Shown here: positions 1 to 63,800 of the stretch, piece by piece | How the letters are laid out: every line of letters starts with the position of its first letter | Position numbering within the stretch: position 1 is the stretch's first letter | Source of the DNA: Flaccisagitta enflata | Lineage: Eukaryota | Direction: 5' to 3' | Assembly: GCA_965153355.1 (NCBI GenBank) | Contig: OZ231126.1 | Span: 9,362,001 to 9,426,000, forward strand | DNA: 64,000 nucleotides | Notes under the pieces: model-generated | The model's input: only the letters and a program-made list of their open reading frames with translations | The model's database searches: none | Told to the model about the DNA's origin: nothing | Made by a program: the position numbers and the translations under genes

Positions 1-180
1 AAATCTGTGTTATATATATATTAGTCGCCTGTGGGTGCTCCTACAACCTGTCGTCATAACTGCGGGGCTTTTAACTGTGGGGCCTATAACAGCGAGGCCT
101 ATAACCACGGGCTTCTAACAGCAGGGCTTGTAACTGTTTAGCTTATAATTGCTGGGCTCATAACTACGGGGCTTTTTACT

Positions 181-1200
181 GTGACAGACATTCGGAGAAA
201 ACTAGGTGGTGTGACAAACATTCAGAAAAAACTGGGTGGTGTGACAGATATTTGGAGAAAACCGGGTGGTGTGACAGACATTAGGAAAAAACTGGGTGGC
301 ATGACAGACATTTGGAGAAAACTAGGTGGTGTGACAGATATTTGAAGGAAACTGGGTAATGTAACAAATATTTGGATAAAACTGGGCTATGTGACAGACT
401 TTTGGAGAAACCTGGGTGGTGTGACAGACATTTAGAGTAAACTGGAGGGTGTGACAGACATTCAGAGCAAACTGGGTTGTGTGACAGACATTCGGAGAAA
501 ACTGGGTGGTGTGACGGACATTCAGAGAAAACTGGGTGGTGTGACAGACATTCGGAGAAAACTAGGTGGTGTGACAGATATTTGGAGAAATCTCGGCGGT
601 GTAGGAGACATTAGGAGAAAACTGGGTGGTGTGACGGAGAATCTTGTTTTGTGTGACAGACATCGGAGAATATTAGGTTGTGTGACAGACATCGAAGAAA
701 TTTAGGTTGTGTGACAGACATTGGAGAATGTTGGGTTGTGTGACAGACATTGGAGAATGTTGGGTTGTGTGACAGACATTGGAGAATCTTAGGATGTGTG
801 ACAGACATTGGAGAATCCTGGGTTGTGTGACAAATATCGGAGAATTTTGGGTTTTGTGACAGACATTGGAAAATCTCGGGTTGTGTGACAGACATGGGAA
901 AATCTTGTGTTGAGTGACAGACATCGGAGAATCTTGGGTTGTGTGACAGACATCGGATAATCTTGGGTTGTGTGACAGACATCGGAGAATCTCGGGTTGT
1001 GTGACAAACATTGGAGAATTTTGGGTTTTTTGACAGACATTGGAGAATTTTGGGTTGTTTGACAGACATCGGAAAATCTTGCGTCGTGTGACAGACATGG
1101 GAGAATCTTGGGCTGTTTGACAAACATTGGAAAATCTTGGGTTGTGTGACAGACATCGGAGAATTTTGGGTTGTGTGACAGACATCGTAGAATTTTGGTA
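181..1200. repeat. minisatellite with GTGACAGACAT core; 30-bp units (181-640) then 29-bp units (about 650-1200)
   Basis: Direct periodicity, e.g. gtgacagacattcggagaaaactgggtggt and gtgacagacattggagaatcttgggttgt. Confidence 0.95.
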
Positions 1201-1353
1201 TGTGTTATAGTCTTATAAAAGTAAGGAAAATTTGATAAGTGTGACAGACAGGGAGAAGTCTGGGTAGCGGAGAAGGAGAAAGAGAAGGAGAAGGAGATAA
1301 TTGTGGGTATTTAGCGTTCCGCTATCGTGGAACACAAAAAGAAAAAAATATTT

Positions 1354-2416
1354 AAACAAGGCCAAGAGATGTCCAATAGATGCGTCCTCTTTAGACGTAA
1401 GATATTATCATACAATTTATTAAGATATTAAGATATAGTAATATGAAAATATAAAGATTTAGAGATAAAGAGAAAAATATAAACTGATTCTCCCCACGCC
1501 TCCCCACCTCCCCCACACCCCCCCCCCACGCCCTCCCTCACCCCTCCCCACCCCCCCACCCCTCCCCACCCCTCCCCACGCCCTTCCCCCCCACGCCTCC
1601 CCACCCCTCCCCCACGCCTCCCCACCCTCCCACCTCCCACGCCTCCCTCCCCCCCCCACGCCCCCCCCACGCCTCCCCACCCCTCCCCACCCTCTCCTCC
1701 CCTCCCACCCCCACCCCTCCCCCCCACGCCTCCCCCCCTTCCCCCCACGCCTTCCCCACGCCTCCCCCCACGCCTCCCCACGCCTTCCCTCCCCCCACAC
1801 CCCCTGCCTCAATCTCACGAAGAGACATGAAGGGACTTGGAGAGACATGGAGAGATATTGAGAAACATGAAGAGACGTGAGGAAACATGAGGAGACATAT
1901 AGAGACATGAAGAGACATATAGAGACATGAAGAGACATAAGAGACATAAGAGACATAAGAGACATAAGAGATATAAGATACATAAGAGATATAAGAGACA
2001 TAAGAGAAGTAAGAGATATGAGATATAAGAGACATAAGAGACATAAGAGACATATGAGACATATAGGAGACATAAAGGAGACAAAAGAGACAAAAGAGAC
2101 AAAAGATACATAAGAGAGATAAGAGACATAAGAGACATAAAAGACATAAGAGAAATAAGAGAAATAAGAGACAAAAGAGATATAAGAGACATATAGGAGA
2201 CATAGGAGACATAAGAGACATGTAGGAGACAAAAGAGACGAAAGAGACAAAAGAGATGAAAGAGACAAAAGAAACATGAAGAGACAAGAAGAAACATGAA
2301 GAGAAATGAAGAGAAAGCCTTAAAAATCGCATTTTAAAATTTTCGCGTTCCGGACGGACATTCAGACAGACCAAGGGACAGACCCTCTTATAGAGATGCG
2401 AGGACGCATCTAAAAA
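1354..2416 (-). mobile_element. Helentron-associated (HINE/DINE-1-like) element carrying a G/C-run tract and a GAGACATAA array
   Basis: Minus-strand start TTTTTAGATGCGTCCTCGCATCT (hairpin), GTCC/GTCT microsatellite, end GGCCTTGTT; related copies at 3361-3562 and 43181-43930. Confidence 0.7.
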
Positions 2417-2662
2417 TCGCAACAGAGAAAGTTGAAACTGATAAATGATTGTCATTTATCCATTTTTTTATTTATTTACGGTCTTTTAAGTTTTACAACG
2501 CGTCCTGCTTGAGGACCTGGGCAGTTCATCTCTCTCTCTCTCTCTCTCTCTGTGTGCAAGCGTTAATTGAAGTTTATGAAGTTAACCCAGTTGCTCGCTA
2601 TCTTCTACACTCGTCTAGTTTTAACTTGGTTAGCTCTTCTTTTCTTCGTCATGTCTACGACA

Positions 2663-3004
2663 TTTTTAGTCGCGTGCTTTGTCCATCCGTCGGTCCATCC
2701 GTCGGTCCGTCCATCCGTCCGTCGGTTTGTCGGTCCGTTGGTCCGTCCATCACACTTTGATTTTTTATCATACTTTTAGTCATTTTTAGTCATTCTAAGT
2801 CATTTTAAGTCATACTAAATCATACTAAATCATTCTGAGTCATTTTAAGTCATATTAAACTACATTTAGTCACTTAAGTCAAGTAGGTCAATTCAGTCGT
2901 GTAAGTCATTTGTAGTCTTAAGTCATTAAAAGTCATCCTGAGTCATTAAAAGCCATCTTCAGTTATTCATGTCCGGCACGCGACTTAAGGGTGTTGGCCT
3001 TGTT
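2663..3004 (+). mobile_element. HINE-like element (TTTTTAGTCGCGTG...GGCCTTGTT) with AGTCATTTT repeats
   Basis: Termini and GTCC/GTCG microsatellite shared with 61232-61604 and 62901-63456. Confidence 0.7.
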
Positions 3005-3107
3005 TTCTCTCTCTTTCGATGTTTGTTAATGTATATTTAAACAAACACAAAGTTTATATCTTCTCATTTGAACATCGAGGGCCCGTGTTACTCTCTTCCC
3101 TTTTCAG

Positions 3108-40767
<37,660 letters not shown>

Positions 40768-40882
40768 CCACCAAGACGGAGTTCGTTGAATGCTGACCTC
40801 ATCCACATTACCTCTTTTGTCTTCATTACTTTAGTGAACGAATATCTCCAATTTTGAAGATTTCTGGACAAAGGAGTCAACG

Positions 40883-41310
40883 GTGCTTCGCCTTGCAGCA
40901 AGTCATTGGTGCTTCGCCTCCTTGCAGCAAGTCATTGGTGCTTCGCCTCCTTGCAGCAAGTCATCGGTGCTTCACCTCCTTGCAGCAAGTCATCAGTGCT
41001 TCACCTCCTTGTAGCAAGTCATTGGTGCCTTGCCTCCTTGCAGCAAGTCATTGGTGCCTTGCCTCCTTGCAGCAAGTCATTGGTGCCTTGCCTCCTTGCA
41101 GCAAGTCATTGGTGCTTCACTCCCTTGTAGCAATTTGTTGGCACTTTGCCTCCTTGCAGCAAGTCATAGGTGTTTCCCGTCCTTGCGGCCAGACGTTGGT
41201 GCTTCTATTCACAGCAAGTCATCGATGCTTAGCATCCATGCAGCAATTCACTCGTGCTTTTGCTCCTTGCAGCCAGTCATCGGTGCTTCGCCTCCTAGCA
41301 GGTCATCGGA
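40883..41310. repeat. 29-bp minisatellite (CCTTGCAGCAAGTCATTGGTGCTTCGCCT) in the putative NFAT5 3' UTR
   Basis: Units at 40891, 40920, 40949..., decaying toward the 3' end. Confidence 0.93.
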
Positions 41311-43264
41311 GCTTCGGCTCCTTTCGTTCATCATCTCTAGTCTTCACTCATCATCCACAGACTGAAGACAGACGAAATCGACAAGGACAAACCTTAAATA
41401 CAAGTCTTTTGTTTTCTAAAATGCTCGCGAGCTTCTGCGCCTGACTGAGCTACATTTTCGAGACTTGCTTTTAACTGCATTATCGGTATGCTCAAAACAA
41501 AAGAACTCGTAGTGGGTTAACTTATTTTGGTCAAGTATAGGTTTACTATTTTCTGAGCAACTCATCGAAATGTGGGGTTTTGTGGGGACTGGGGACTGCC
41601 ACTACTCGGTCGGGCCGTCCGTCAGTCTGTCCGTTCGATCGTCCCATCTGGCAAGTAATGGCAGATTATTGCCCTGCCCGCCCTTGGGCAGGTTTTTGCT
41701 CGAAATTCCTTCCATTTTTAAAATTCCCATTGGAAGGATATACTTACGACTCATCATAGAGATAGGAATTCATACTTCATGAACAGACAATACTTGTAAA
41801 TGCACTACTGACTGACTGATCACAAGTACATAATGATTGTTACCTACTCCCCCCTCCCCCATGTCCAGTGTGTTCTAGAGCTCTACATGTTAAGGATCAT
41901 TTTCCCACCAAATGTTGCTACTTTTAGAAAAATTAATTTGATATCTCAAGATTTTACTTTCCTAATGTGAATTACTAATGTAGCAAAATTCCACTTCCTA
42001 TGGAAGATTTTTCTTTTCATTGTTGTACGTGTAATTGCCATGTCTATTTTTGCAGTATTCTCCAAGTCTGAATTTGAATCTAATCAAGATAATGTTCTTT
42101 TCTCCTAACTATCTGAATGCTCATGTAGTCAAGCGACCAGCGATATCACGATCAAGTTAGTTTGAAATTTTGGGGTGTCAAAGCTATAACATCTCAGCTA
42201 GACTTAGACTCAAAAATTTTCCTAGGTCATTCAGTAGCTCAATCTTTTGCATGGACCTGCTCAATGCTTTCAATATTGCACGTTTCAAATTTCAAGGTTC
42301 TGGCTCAAATACTTTAAAAGTTATGAACATTTGTTTGAACCATATCAAGCTGAAAAAATTCCAGGAGAATCTTTAAACTTTCTTTTAAAATATGGCCAAT
42401 GTAACAAATATAAAAGATAAAAGGCTAACGGCCGGTCAAGGTTCTCTCCGGTTACCACTACCGCCATCTTGGTTTGCCCTGTCGCAGCCAACACAAAAAT
42501 TTTCTTAGTTTTTTAAAAAAAAAGTCAAATTTCAAGATTTTGGATCTAGGCGAATCAAGCAATTTCCTATCGATTGCACCCCACTTTTTTTTAGTCGCGG
42601 ACACGCAACTCTACACTTTGCCGTGTCGGTCGGTCCATCGGTCCGTCCGAAATATTTCTGAAATTGCAAGCGGTTTTCGCATTACTGCTCCTGCACAACC
42701 GTCCGCGACTGGATTGCCGTGTATCTGGCCTTGTTTCAAAAAGATATCCTTGTAAAGGGCTTTTTTGGGGGCCCCTAGGGGCCCCTAAGAAATTCAAAAT
42801 TTTGGTCAGTAAGATGAACAGAGTTATGTGCATACGCCAAGGTATCTTTCAGGACCAAATTCAAGCTAGAGCCCATGCCTTTACAACCTTCGGACCGGCC
42901 GCATATAAAAGAGAAATAGGAAAATTCACAAGGACTCAGATTTAGGATCTGAGGTCAATATCTATCTCGGCTCTTCTCACAAAAACAAACGACCGTATAT
43001 AGGTAGGGCCCAGTTGTGCCCATACATGATGTATTTAAGTAGAGGAACTGAAATCGTAAACATCCTAGATTGGAACATGTGACGCGGGGTCAAAATATCG
43101 TCGCGGACGGCTGGGCAGGGGCACACACTCCCCTACCACCCCCCTTCCATACCGTCCCTTCAAACAGACACGGTATCTTTAACAAGGCCAAGAGATGTCC
43201 AATAGATGCGTCATCTTTAGAAGTACGTTATTGTACGATATTAAGATCCAATCACAAAGATCTA

Positions 43265-43753
43265 CAGACGGGACCCTAATAAGAGGGGAGGAGGGACCCA
43301 AAGCTTTAGCATCACCCCCTGCGGCTTATATGGCTCAAACAAATTTTTCACTTGTTGTGGCGGAATAATATTCCCATGCAAAAACACCCAAGAAAGGGGG
43401 GCGCCACCTAGAGAAAACATTCATGTTGACAAAAAAAATATAGAATAGAATATACCTTAGGTGGATACAATTGGCGCCACCATGGCAATTTTTGAATTTC
43501 CACTTAGAACAGCCCCAAATTGTCAAAATTGAGGAAAAAATTGTTTGATTCTTTTCAGGTCCCAAAGGGTGATTTTGGTGGAATCTAAGGGTGTTCTTGG
43601 TGGAAATTCAAAAATTGGTACGGTGGCGCCAATTGTATCCACCTAAGGTATAAACCGCCATAGCAAGTGAGAAGAATCCTTGAGCCATATAAGCTGTAGG
43701 GGGTGATCCTTAAACTTTGGGTCCCTCCTCCGCTCTTATTAGGGTCCCGTCTG
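43265..43753. mobile_element. TA-flanked foldback MITE (CAGACGGGACCCTAATAAGAG TIRs) nested in a HINE
   Basis: TA|CAGACGGGACCCTAATAAGAG ... CTCTTATTAGGGTCCCGTCTG|TA. Confidence 0.85.
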
Positions 43754-44029
43754 TAAAGATATACGTAATGATTTGAAGATTTAAAGATGAAGAGATAAAC
43801 TGAAAACTCTTCCTCCCTCCACGCCCCATGCTTGCGCCTCCTTCCCTCGCCCTCATTCCCTCTCACACCTATTCATGGACACAGTTAAAGATGTAAATAG
43901 ACATGAAGAGGCACGAGGTGACATGAGGAGACATGAAGAGAGATAACTCTACATTAGGAAAAAAAAAACAAGACAGGGTAAAAGTCGCGGACGGTTGGGC
44001 AGAAGCAGTACTACATACAATACTGCAAA

Positions 44030-44130
44030 CAGAGATGCAGATTCCGCGAGCTGCCGCGTAGCAGAATTCATCTCTCAAGAGCTGCCGCAGCTTCTGCTTA
44101 CGATTGATTGATTGAATGATTTTCTTTCTG

Positions 44131-44201
<71 letters not shown>

Positions 44202-44394
44202 CTTTATTTATTTCCCTTTCTTTCTCTTGTTTCCACAAGATTATCTTTACCTTCCTGTCGTACTTTCATTCTTTTTTCCTTTCTCCTTTTCCCCTTTTAT
44301 TGCCTTCCCTTTCCTCTCCTGCCGCATCTGCCGCCCTTTGGGCCTTGTCTGCCGCGTAGTATTGCTACTTTGCAACCATTAATCTGCATCTCTG
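44030..44394 (+). mobile_element. hAT-type MITE, family B, with (TTTC)n
   Basis: 14-bp TIRs, perfect 8-bp TSD actgcaaa. Confidence 0.88.
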
Positions 44395-45028
44395 ACTGCA
44401 AAACTATAGTTTAACATTATATCACACCTTACAATAACCTAAGAAACCATAAAAAGACGGAAAAGATCATATTTCAAGAATATTTGTGACGGAGGGACGG
44501 ACGGACCGACATAGCAAGGTGTAGAGTCGCGTGTCTGCGACTGAACGAAACGAATTATGACATAAAAATGTATAGAGATAAAGAGATAACTCGAGCGTGA
44601 CCGATGGACCAACGGACGGACCGACAGACTGATGGATGAAGCCTCTCGCGACTAAGAAAAGTGATGGAGGGTTACAATATTGTCGCGTACAGGTAGGCAG
44701 GGGCGTTTATTTCTTTCCCTTCCCCCCTCCACACGAGATATCACCACCGCGGCATCTAAAATGCGCGTTTTCCCATCTGGAGCGTGACAAATAGACTAGC
44801 AGACAGACCGACGGACGGAGCAACGGATGGAGAAAGCCTCGAGAACGCGACTAAAAACTTGTGGCAGTGTGGTTATTTTTTACTTAAATAGCTAGATAAC
44901 TATGGATTGAATGCGCTCACTTCTTAGCTTCCGAGATAATAATCAACAATTAGAAAACGCCAGATTTGACAGAAGATGTTAAGCAGGCCCTTGCCTTAGC
45001 TTAGCACTGGCCATTACCTGGCTAACAA

Positions 45029-45847
45029 GGTCCAGAAATGTATAAAAGTGTGATCTAACAGGGTGTGCAAAAAAATTTGCACTGGTGCTGTAGCTTATAA
45101 AATATAAAAATCATCCTTACAAATGGCCCACTGTAATTGAATTTGAATTGAAGTATCCCTGCAGTAACTATATACTATGATAAAATTTTTGTAAAACTAA
45201 GCCAAGTGGTAGCATGCTTTTTACATCCTGTATGCTTCAACATTTGTGCAAAAATTTTTGCACACCCTGTTAATTTCATCCACTTGTCACATGAGCGATA
45301 AAAGGTTGGGGAGTCAGCTCAGTTTGTCAGAAATTTTCTCTGGTCAACATTTGGGACCCTACAGCAGCATATCTCAGGTCAAAAGGCCATATGTGATCAA
45401 AATTTCAAAATGGGAAATTTGAGAATCTGATTGCAGATTCAGAATCCTTGCGAAAAAAACGCTTAAAGTGTCTTTGTTTTTTTGATATTCCATCTGGAGC
45501 TTAGTCAAGATTATTGTAAAACTTTGAAATAAATCAAATTTCAGATAAAAGAGCAAATTTGACCCAAATATGACCTTTGACGTCAGGTTAGACCATGTTC
45601 TAATGATATCAAAAAAAGGAAGACACTTTCTTGTGATACTTTTTTGCAAGGAATCTGAATATGCCATCAGATTTTCAATTTTCCCGTTTTGAATATTCGA
45701 CCTCTTATTGCCTTGAGGTATACAGGTGTAGGGTCCCAAATACTGACCAGAGAAAATTATTGACATATTGAGCTGATTCCCAATCCTTCAATTGCTCTTG
45801 TGACTGGTCGATGAAATTATATCACGCTTTTTACACATTTCTGGACC
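45029..45847. mobile_element. TIR element (GGTCCAGAAATGT) whose left TIR is interrupted by a Tc1-type MITE at 45058-45270
   Basis: Outer inverted repeat restored when TA|ACAGGGTGTGCAAAAA...TTTTTGCACACCCTGT|TA is removed. Confidence 0.75.
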
Positions 45848-48800
45848 ACCTATTATCTGCAGTGGGACTTAAGGAAAAAAAACAGTTGATGTCGTCTACA
45901 CTTGGACATTTGGGAAATTCATAGCTTATTTTTTCCTAATTTTTGGTTACCGTAGATAAAAATTATTCATTCTCATTAAAAAAAATTTGATTTGTGCAAC
46001 ACTAGTCAAAAATCCACAAGCTTTGAATATATATTTTAGTCCAGTTTTGTTGTGTATGATAAAAGACGTTTAGAATCAGGTGTGTAGGTTTTTTCTTGTA
46101 ATCCCACTGCATATGCCGTATTTTTGAACAAACGAGATGTCATCAGTTCCATAAGAAATCGATGAACGTTTATTTACAACCAATATTCGCCAAATCAATT
46201 TCGTAATGTAACGTTTAAAATAGTCTACATAAAAGACGATTCCGAAGCGATTTCAGGGAGCGGAAGGAAGTTGTGGGGCGGGTCGAGTCGAGTTGAGGAG
46301 GGATGAAGAGAGAAGGAAGTCTGTCGTGGAACGAGAGTAAAGATTTTTTTGCGAGGGAAGGGACTGGTCTAAAATCACTCCAACGCATATAAAAAAAATC
46401 GCATCCAGAAATTAAATAAGGGGCATGAGGGGAAAGGGTGGGAGGAAAATTATAACATCATTTAACAACGAAGGGGGTAACGAGAAAGAGAGGCAGAGAG
46501 TAAGAGAGAGAGAGAAAGGGTAAGAAAGAGAGAGGGAGAGAGAGACGAATGAATTTGAACAACGTATCAAAATGGTGGGATTTTTTTTTTTTGTTCAAAG
46601 ATTCTTGGATTATAAAACTCAAACGATGTAACTATTTTAACAACTGACACGCTGATGACAATGCTTGCAAACTAATTGCTCTGAAGCCGTTATAACAGTT
46701 TAAAGTATAAAACGCCTATATAAATGCAAGATGCGTCGCTCCGTAATAGGTTTTTTTTTTAATCTTTCTGTTTTTGTATTAAATGCATGATATAGATATT
46801 ATGAGAGCCGACGTTTCGATATGGTCCCCTTCACTACCATGTTGCAAAACGATGATTTGATTAACGCGGAGACCCGGTGGACGTTGTATACTCGAATAAA
46901 AGATCTTAATTGCAAAAATGTAAGCACGTATATAACTTAACATATATCGTCTTTTTTCAGTAGAAACTATGTAAACACAACGAGGATATATGGTTGACGA
47001 TCTTGTATGATTGCATTAATATAATGCTACGACACCGATTCTAGTAACATCGAGATTCATGGATCATATGTTTATATGCCATCAAAACGGTTGTAATATT
47101 ATGTGATATGCCATCGATTGAGTAACGGAAAATAAGCATGAGATGAGAAAGTAAGAAAGAGAGAGAGAGATAGACACGTCATAGTTGACAAGATACAAAA
47201 ACAAATTATAGCAGTCTAGTCCTCTTATATAAACTTTTTTTTGAGCGGAAAAATATTAATGGTAAAATGCAAAAAAAAAAAAAGAAATTGTTTTGTTCAA
47301 ATAAGAAAATCATCCAGAATAGGTAAAAGCGATTTGACTTTCGTAAATTCCGCGGTGGGGAGAAAGTCGTGTCTTTTTTTTTTTTTTTTTGTAATGGGAT
47401 CGAGTAAAATTACTACCAAGTAGAGAGAAAACGTTCCAACTATAAATGAAAAATTAACGTTGCTCCCCTTTTCCAAACATGCAGATTGCATCGCACAACA
47501 CAGATTCCTTACATTACTTTAGGTAAAAAAAACGAAAGAAAGAAATTGGTCAATATGAAAGAAAAAAAACAAAGATATATTCTGTGAGAGTCTCTGTATT
47601 TGCTTAGAGTTCTTTTGTTTTGATTAACTTTGTTACACGCGGTAGTTGATAGTGATAGTAAAACTTAGCGTCAACATTTTAAGGCTCTACATGAATCTGA
47701 TATATGAAGACTCTTTTTGTTTATATTTATTTGAAGGCCAATTCGTAACGAAAAAAAAGGCACACGCACCTGCCCGCGACGCACCTACCAGCGACGCACC
47801 GACCAGCGACGCACCTGTCAGCGACGCACTTAACCGCGATGCAGCTACCATCGACGCATCTGCTTGCGAAACACTTCATCAGCTGCCAGCGCCGCAGTTT
47901 CTTGAGAGGCTCTTAAAACAGGCTGGATGAATTTTTTAGCTAGTTCAATTTATTTAAGTGGTCCAAAAAACGTTAAACATGCGACGGCAATATAAATTGA
48001 TAATTGATAGCAGTCAGGTTAAATTTGTGGTATTTATATCAGTTAAATTTATAATGGCCTCATTGATCTTTCTTACGGCTCAATGATAACGTCAATGGGG
48101 GCTCGCGAGTATAACATAATAGAAATTTGGCCCCATGAAGTTGTTACTGGCGGCAAAGCTTTTTGTAGTACAGCGCTGTTTTACCAAGCAGCCATCAAAA
48201 AATGACAGTTTTTGCGGTTCCATTTTAATGATCTGATTGCAACTTGTAAAGATGCAACTCGTAAACTTGCTACTTGTAAAGATTCATCTGTGTATCTTTA
48301 CTTCGCATCTGTCTCGCATCCGCCACGCATTTGCCGCGTATCAAACTCGCATTTGTCGCACTTTATAACCTCGCATCTGGCGTGTATCAGCCTGATAGTT
48401 TCCGCGCATCTGTCTGTTATCTTCCGCGCATCTGCCTGACATCTGCCGCGTGTCCACAACGTATTAGCTTCACAAGTGTCACGCATGTGCCTGGCATCAG
48501 TCGTGCATTAGCCTGGGATCAGCCGCGATGCATCTACCACGGATCTGTTTCGCATCTGTGTTCTTTGGGCTCATGTAACTGCCATTTACACAGAGATGGT
48601 AGCTTTTTGCCTTCAGCGCGCCTGTGTCTATTTCGCTTTATCTGCCTCTCATCTATGGCGTACATAGCATGACATTTTCTATCGATCTGCTTCAAAACTG
48701 TGGTGCTTCTGCATAGCTGGTTGTATCTACTTCGCAGTTTTCAGTAGGCCACTTTCTGAACAGCAGTCAACAACTTATGTCCGTTCCAAGCCCATCCTCA

Positions 48801-49270
48801 TTGATACCCTCACCTGTTCGTCCCATCGTGTAGACCTTTGCGTAAACTTAGCTATGAGATTCATCTATTAGTAGGCTCAGCTCATGTTCCCGCACATCTC
48901 CTCATTTCAGTAAAATCCTACGGAAGGAACAACCAAGGCAAGCGTTCATGACAATCATGCAACCTAATTTTTTTAAAAAACTTCTGTAAAGCTATTCTTG
49001 ATTGATTGTTCTTTCTCACATTCGGACGTCCTTTATTCATGTAACTCACTAATTTCTCCTATTTGAAATAATCTTGTGCGTGCAGTAAGAGACGAGGGAT
49101 TCGTTTAACAAAGTTTCTTTCTGTGTTACAGAAGCAAACCTTAATTATTATATGAAAGTTGGTTATTTACTGCAGGTACAGCTATTAGGAATTATTTTCA
49201 TATTTTTACTGCACCTGTTTGAAAATAACGATTGCACACTCACGCTTGCCTAACACATGGCTTCCGTTTT

Positions 49271-49334
<64 letters not shown>

Positions 49335-51757
49335 CTCCCCTCTCTCCTCGGTGGGTTTTCTCCCACTGGTGATGATGTTACTGGCGTTTTGCCCATGATG
49401 ATCTTTCTTCAATCGCTCTTCGAGATTTTTTTTTTAATATGAAGAACAGACTGGCTTTCGACTTTCGATGATCTCGCTCTTTGCATCCGTGGCCTCCCGA
49501 GACCCACGATTACCAAGGATCGTCATCATCATCATCGTCCTCGAGATCGTCATCATCATCATCATCATCATCACCGCGATCTTTGCATCGTCGTCGTCGT
49601 CGTCGTTACTATGATATGAGGGATCTGGGCTTTGATGGATCACAGGTCGTGGCCACATTATGGGTTTTTCGTTGAAAGGTGGTTAGCGGAGAAAAAGAGA
49701 GATCTCCACACTCCTCCAATCCCCCTTCCCTCCGAGCTTCTTTATCTGTATATCACGATATTGCGTGCACCCAATCAATTGAAAATGGGACTCGATTGCG
49801 TGACTTTCTCGGATCGACTTCTCAACTGTACAATTACGACAACTGCGCCTCTCGAATACGGCAGCTACAACTTCCTTATATATCTTTATATTCGGCACTC
49901 AACATGCTATGACAATCCACTCAATTGCAACCACGATTGTAAACGATACCTTATTGACATCCACCTAACCCTCCCTTCTTTTACCAACCTCTCCCTTAGA
50001 TATCTGCCTAGCCCTTCCTTTTTCTAGTACCGAACTACCAACCATCATCTGTCCATATCTCTTCCTCTCCAAGAGCACACACTCTCTGTCGAAAACCCGG
50101 TATGCGCCGCCTCGGATGACCTCAACTTACCATCATTTGTAATTGTATCGATTCACATATTAAAGACCTTTTGAGTTACATCTGATATCACTAGACACTA
50201 GCCCATCTTCCACCCACCGGTCCCAGACCATTCACTAAATAAATCGCAAGTGAATCGTGATCATTTTCTCTCGCTGAAGCGTCTAGGCCTTACCATCTGA
50301 TCGAGCTCTTTTCAGTTTCTGGCGCTGATCTTTTGATAAAAGCCCTTCTAAATGTCGAAGTGGCTCGGATGTTCATGATAAAAGATGCAAATTATGTCTT
50401 CGACGGCTGAGGGATTGCGAGACAGATGACAGGAACGAAACCCGATTATGAGGCTGGAGGCCGACGCATTTTAGAACTAGAAAAAATATCGAGATGATAT
50501 TTATAATATGACATTATTCCTACTTATTTTTTTTATTGATTTTTTGCGACCGTTTTTGTGCTAGATCGATCCCTTGACCGCATTGCCGTGAATGCGGATT
50601 TGAGGGGGTAATAGAGGAACAGTGAGGATGATGGAACCAAACTCCATTTCAAAAGGGGACGAAAACATTCGGAAATTTGAAAAGACAGTGAGAAGAGTTA
50701 TTCACTCGAAAGGAAATTTTTTTTTGAAAGACAGAAAAGCGAAAAAGAGAACAACAGGAAAGGACAGAGAGAGGCTTTCCTTGTTGATGAAATAGGATTT
50801 GCGAAGAATACGCTCTCTCTCTTTCTCTCAACTTTTTTTTTCATATTCTGGAATTGTTTATGGCGTGGCTTACTCTCGTATTTTTTTCTTTTCTTACGTG
50901 GATTTTTAAAACATCTTTTTGTTGACTCATTTCCGTTAGGCTTCTATCGACGATTTTTATAGTCCATGATGAATGTGTTTTTTTTTCTCAAATGGTTTAA
51001 CAACCGCAGTTCACGCGGAGGTCATGAAAATGGTGTGTTCAAACCGTAGTTCACGAAGATGTCATGTCAATGATGTAGTCAATCCAGTTCACGCGAGTGT
51101 CATATTAATGATGTGATCAAACCGTAGTTCACGAAGATGTCGTTGGTGACAATAGTTGGTAGAACATGAGCGACAGGGAAACGTTTAGAACAATGACAAG
51201 CATTAACAGTTGCTTGTCTTTGCATATGTCCTGTGGAGGCGGATTTCAGGGTCGGGGGAGGAGAAGAGAGAAAAAGTTTCGATGTCAGTATCCATCAGAT
51301 GAACAACTGCGTGGACATGACTATAAAAATATATATGGTAATCAATCAACTGCAGGTTAATCGTCTAAGGACACATCTACTTTTATTCTCTATTCTAATA
51401 TCCCGTTTAACACCCTCACTTCTTCATACAAAAACATAAGAAAAAAAGCAAAGTAAAAAAAAAAGTGGTGGGTTAAAGAAAAAAAATCTGATGAGCAATA
51501 AATACACGGAAATAATATCAGTGATTAAAAAGAGAAATAATGATGATAATAGCAATGAGAAGGTCAAAAAAAAAGTCAAAACAAAGCGTAAACTCCTATG
51601 GCTCTTTTTCACAACCAAGAAGGCAGAAATATGGACTCGTGTGAATTTTGATGAGGCTGCTGGAGGAAGCTACGGCAGTGACGGCGGAGGCGGCGGCGAA
51701 ATGGGCGCTCTATAACGCGGCTTAACGTAGATGAAATGACCTTTCCACCTCACGCTC

Positions 51758-52045
<288 letters not shown>

Positions 52046-52287
52046 TTGAGTGTTGCGGTGTTGCTAAAAGCTAAAAAAAAAAGGATGAAATTTGTGAAAA
52101 CCGGAAACGGGAAAAACAGAGACAGTTGAGGAAAGGATCTCGGAGTTTGGCCCATTAAAAATTTGGAATGGCACGAGATTCATTGAGACGTAGTCCTCCT
52201 AATCAAAATATATGGTCTCCAAAAAAAGAACCCTTTATACACACTCGAGAGACATTCTACGAATGGAATAAAGGATCATCTTCTTCA

Positions 52288-63800
<11,513 letters not shown>

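Noticed and set aside
181-1200. CRISPR-like regular 29-30 bp repeats
   Set aside because: Units are contiguous with no unique spacers, there are no cas genes, and the context is eukaryotic
1428-2455. ORFs of 117-305 aa on the minus strand
   Set aside because: Translations of G-run and GAGACATAA repeats
40854-41444. 196-aa ORF after NFAT5
   Set aside because: Translation of the 29-bp minisatellite; no convincing splice connection
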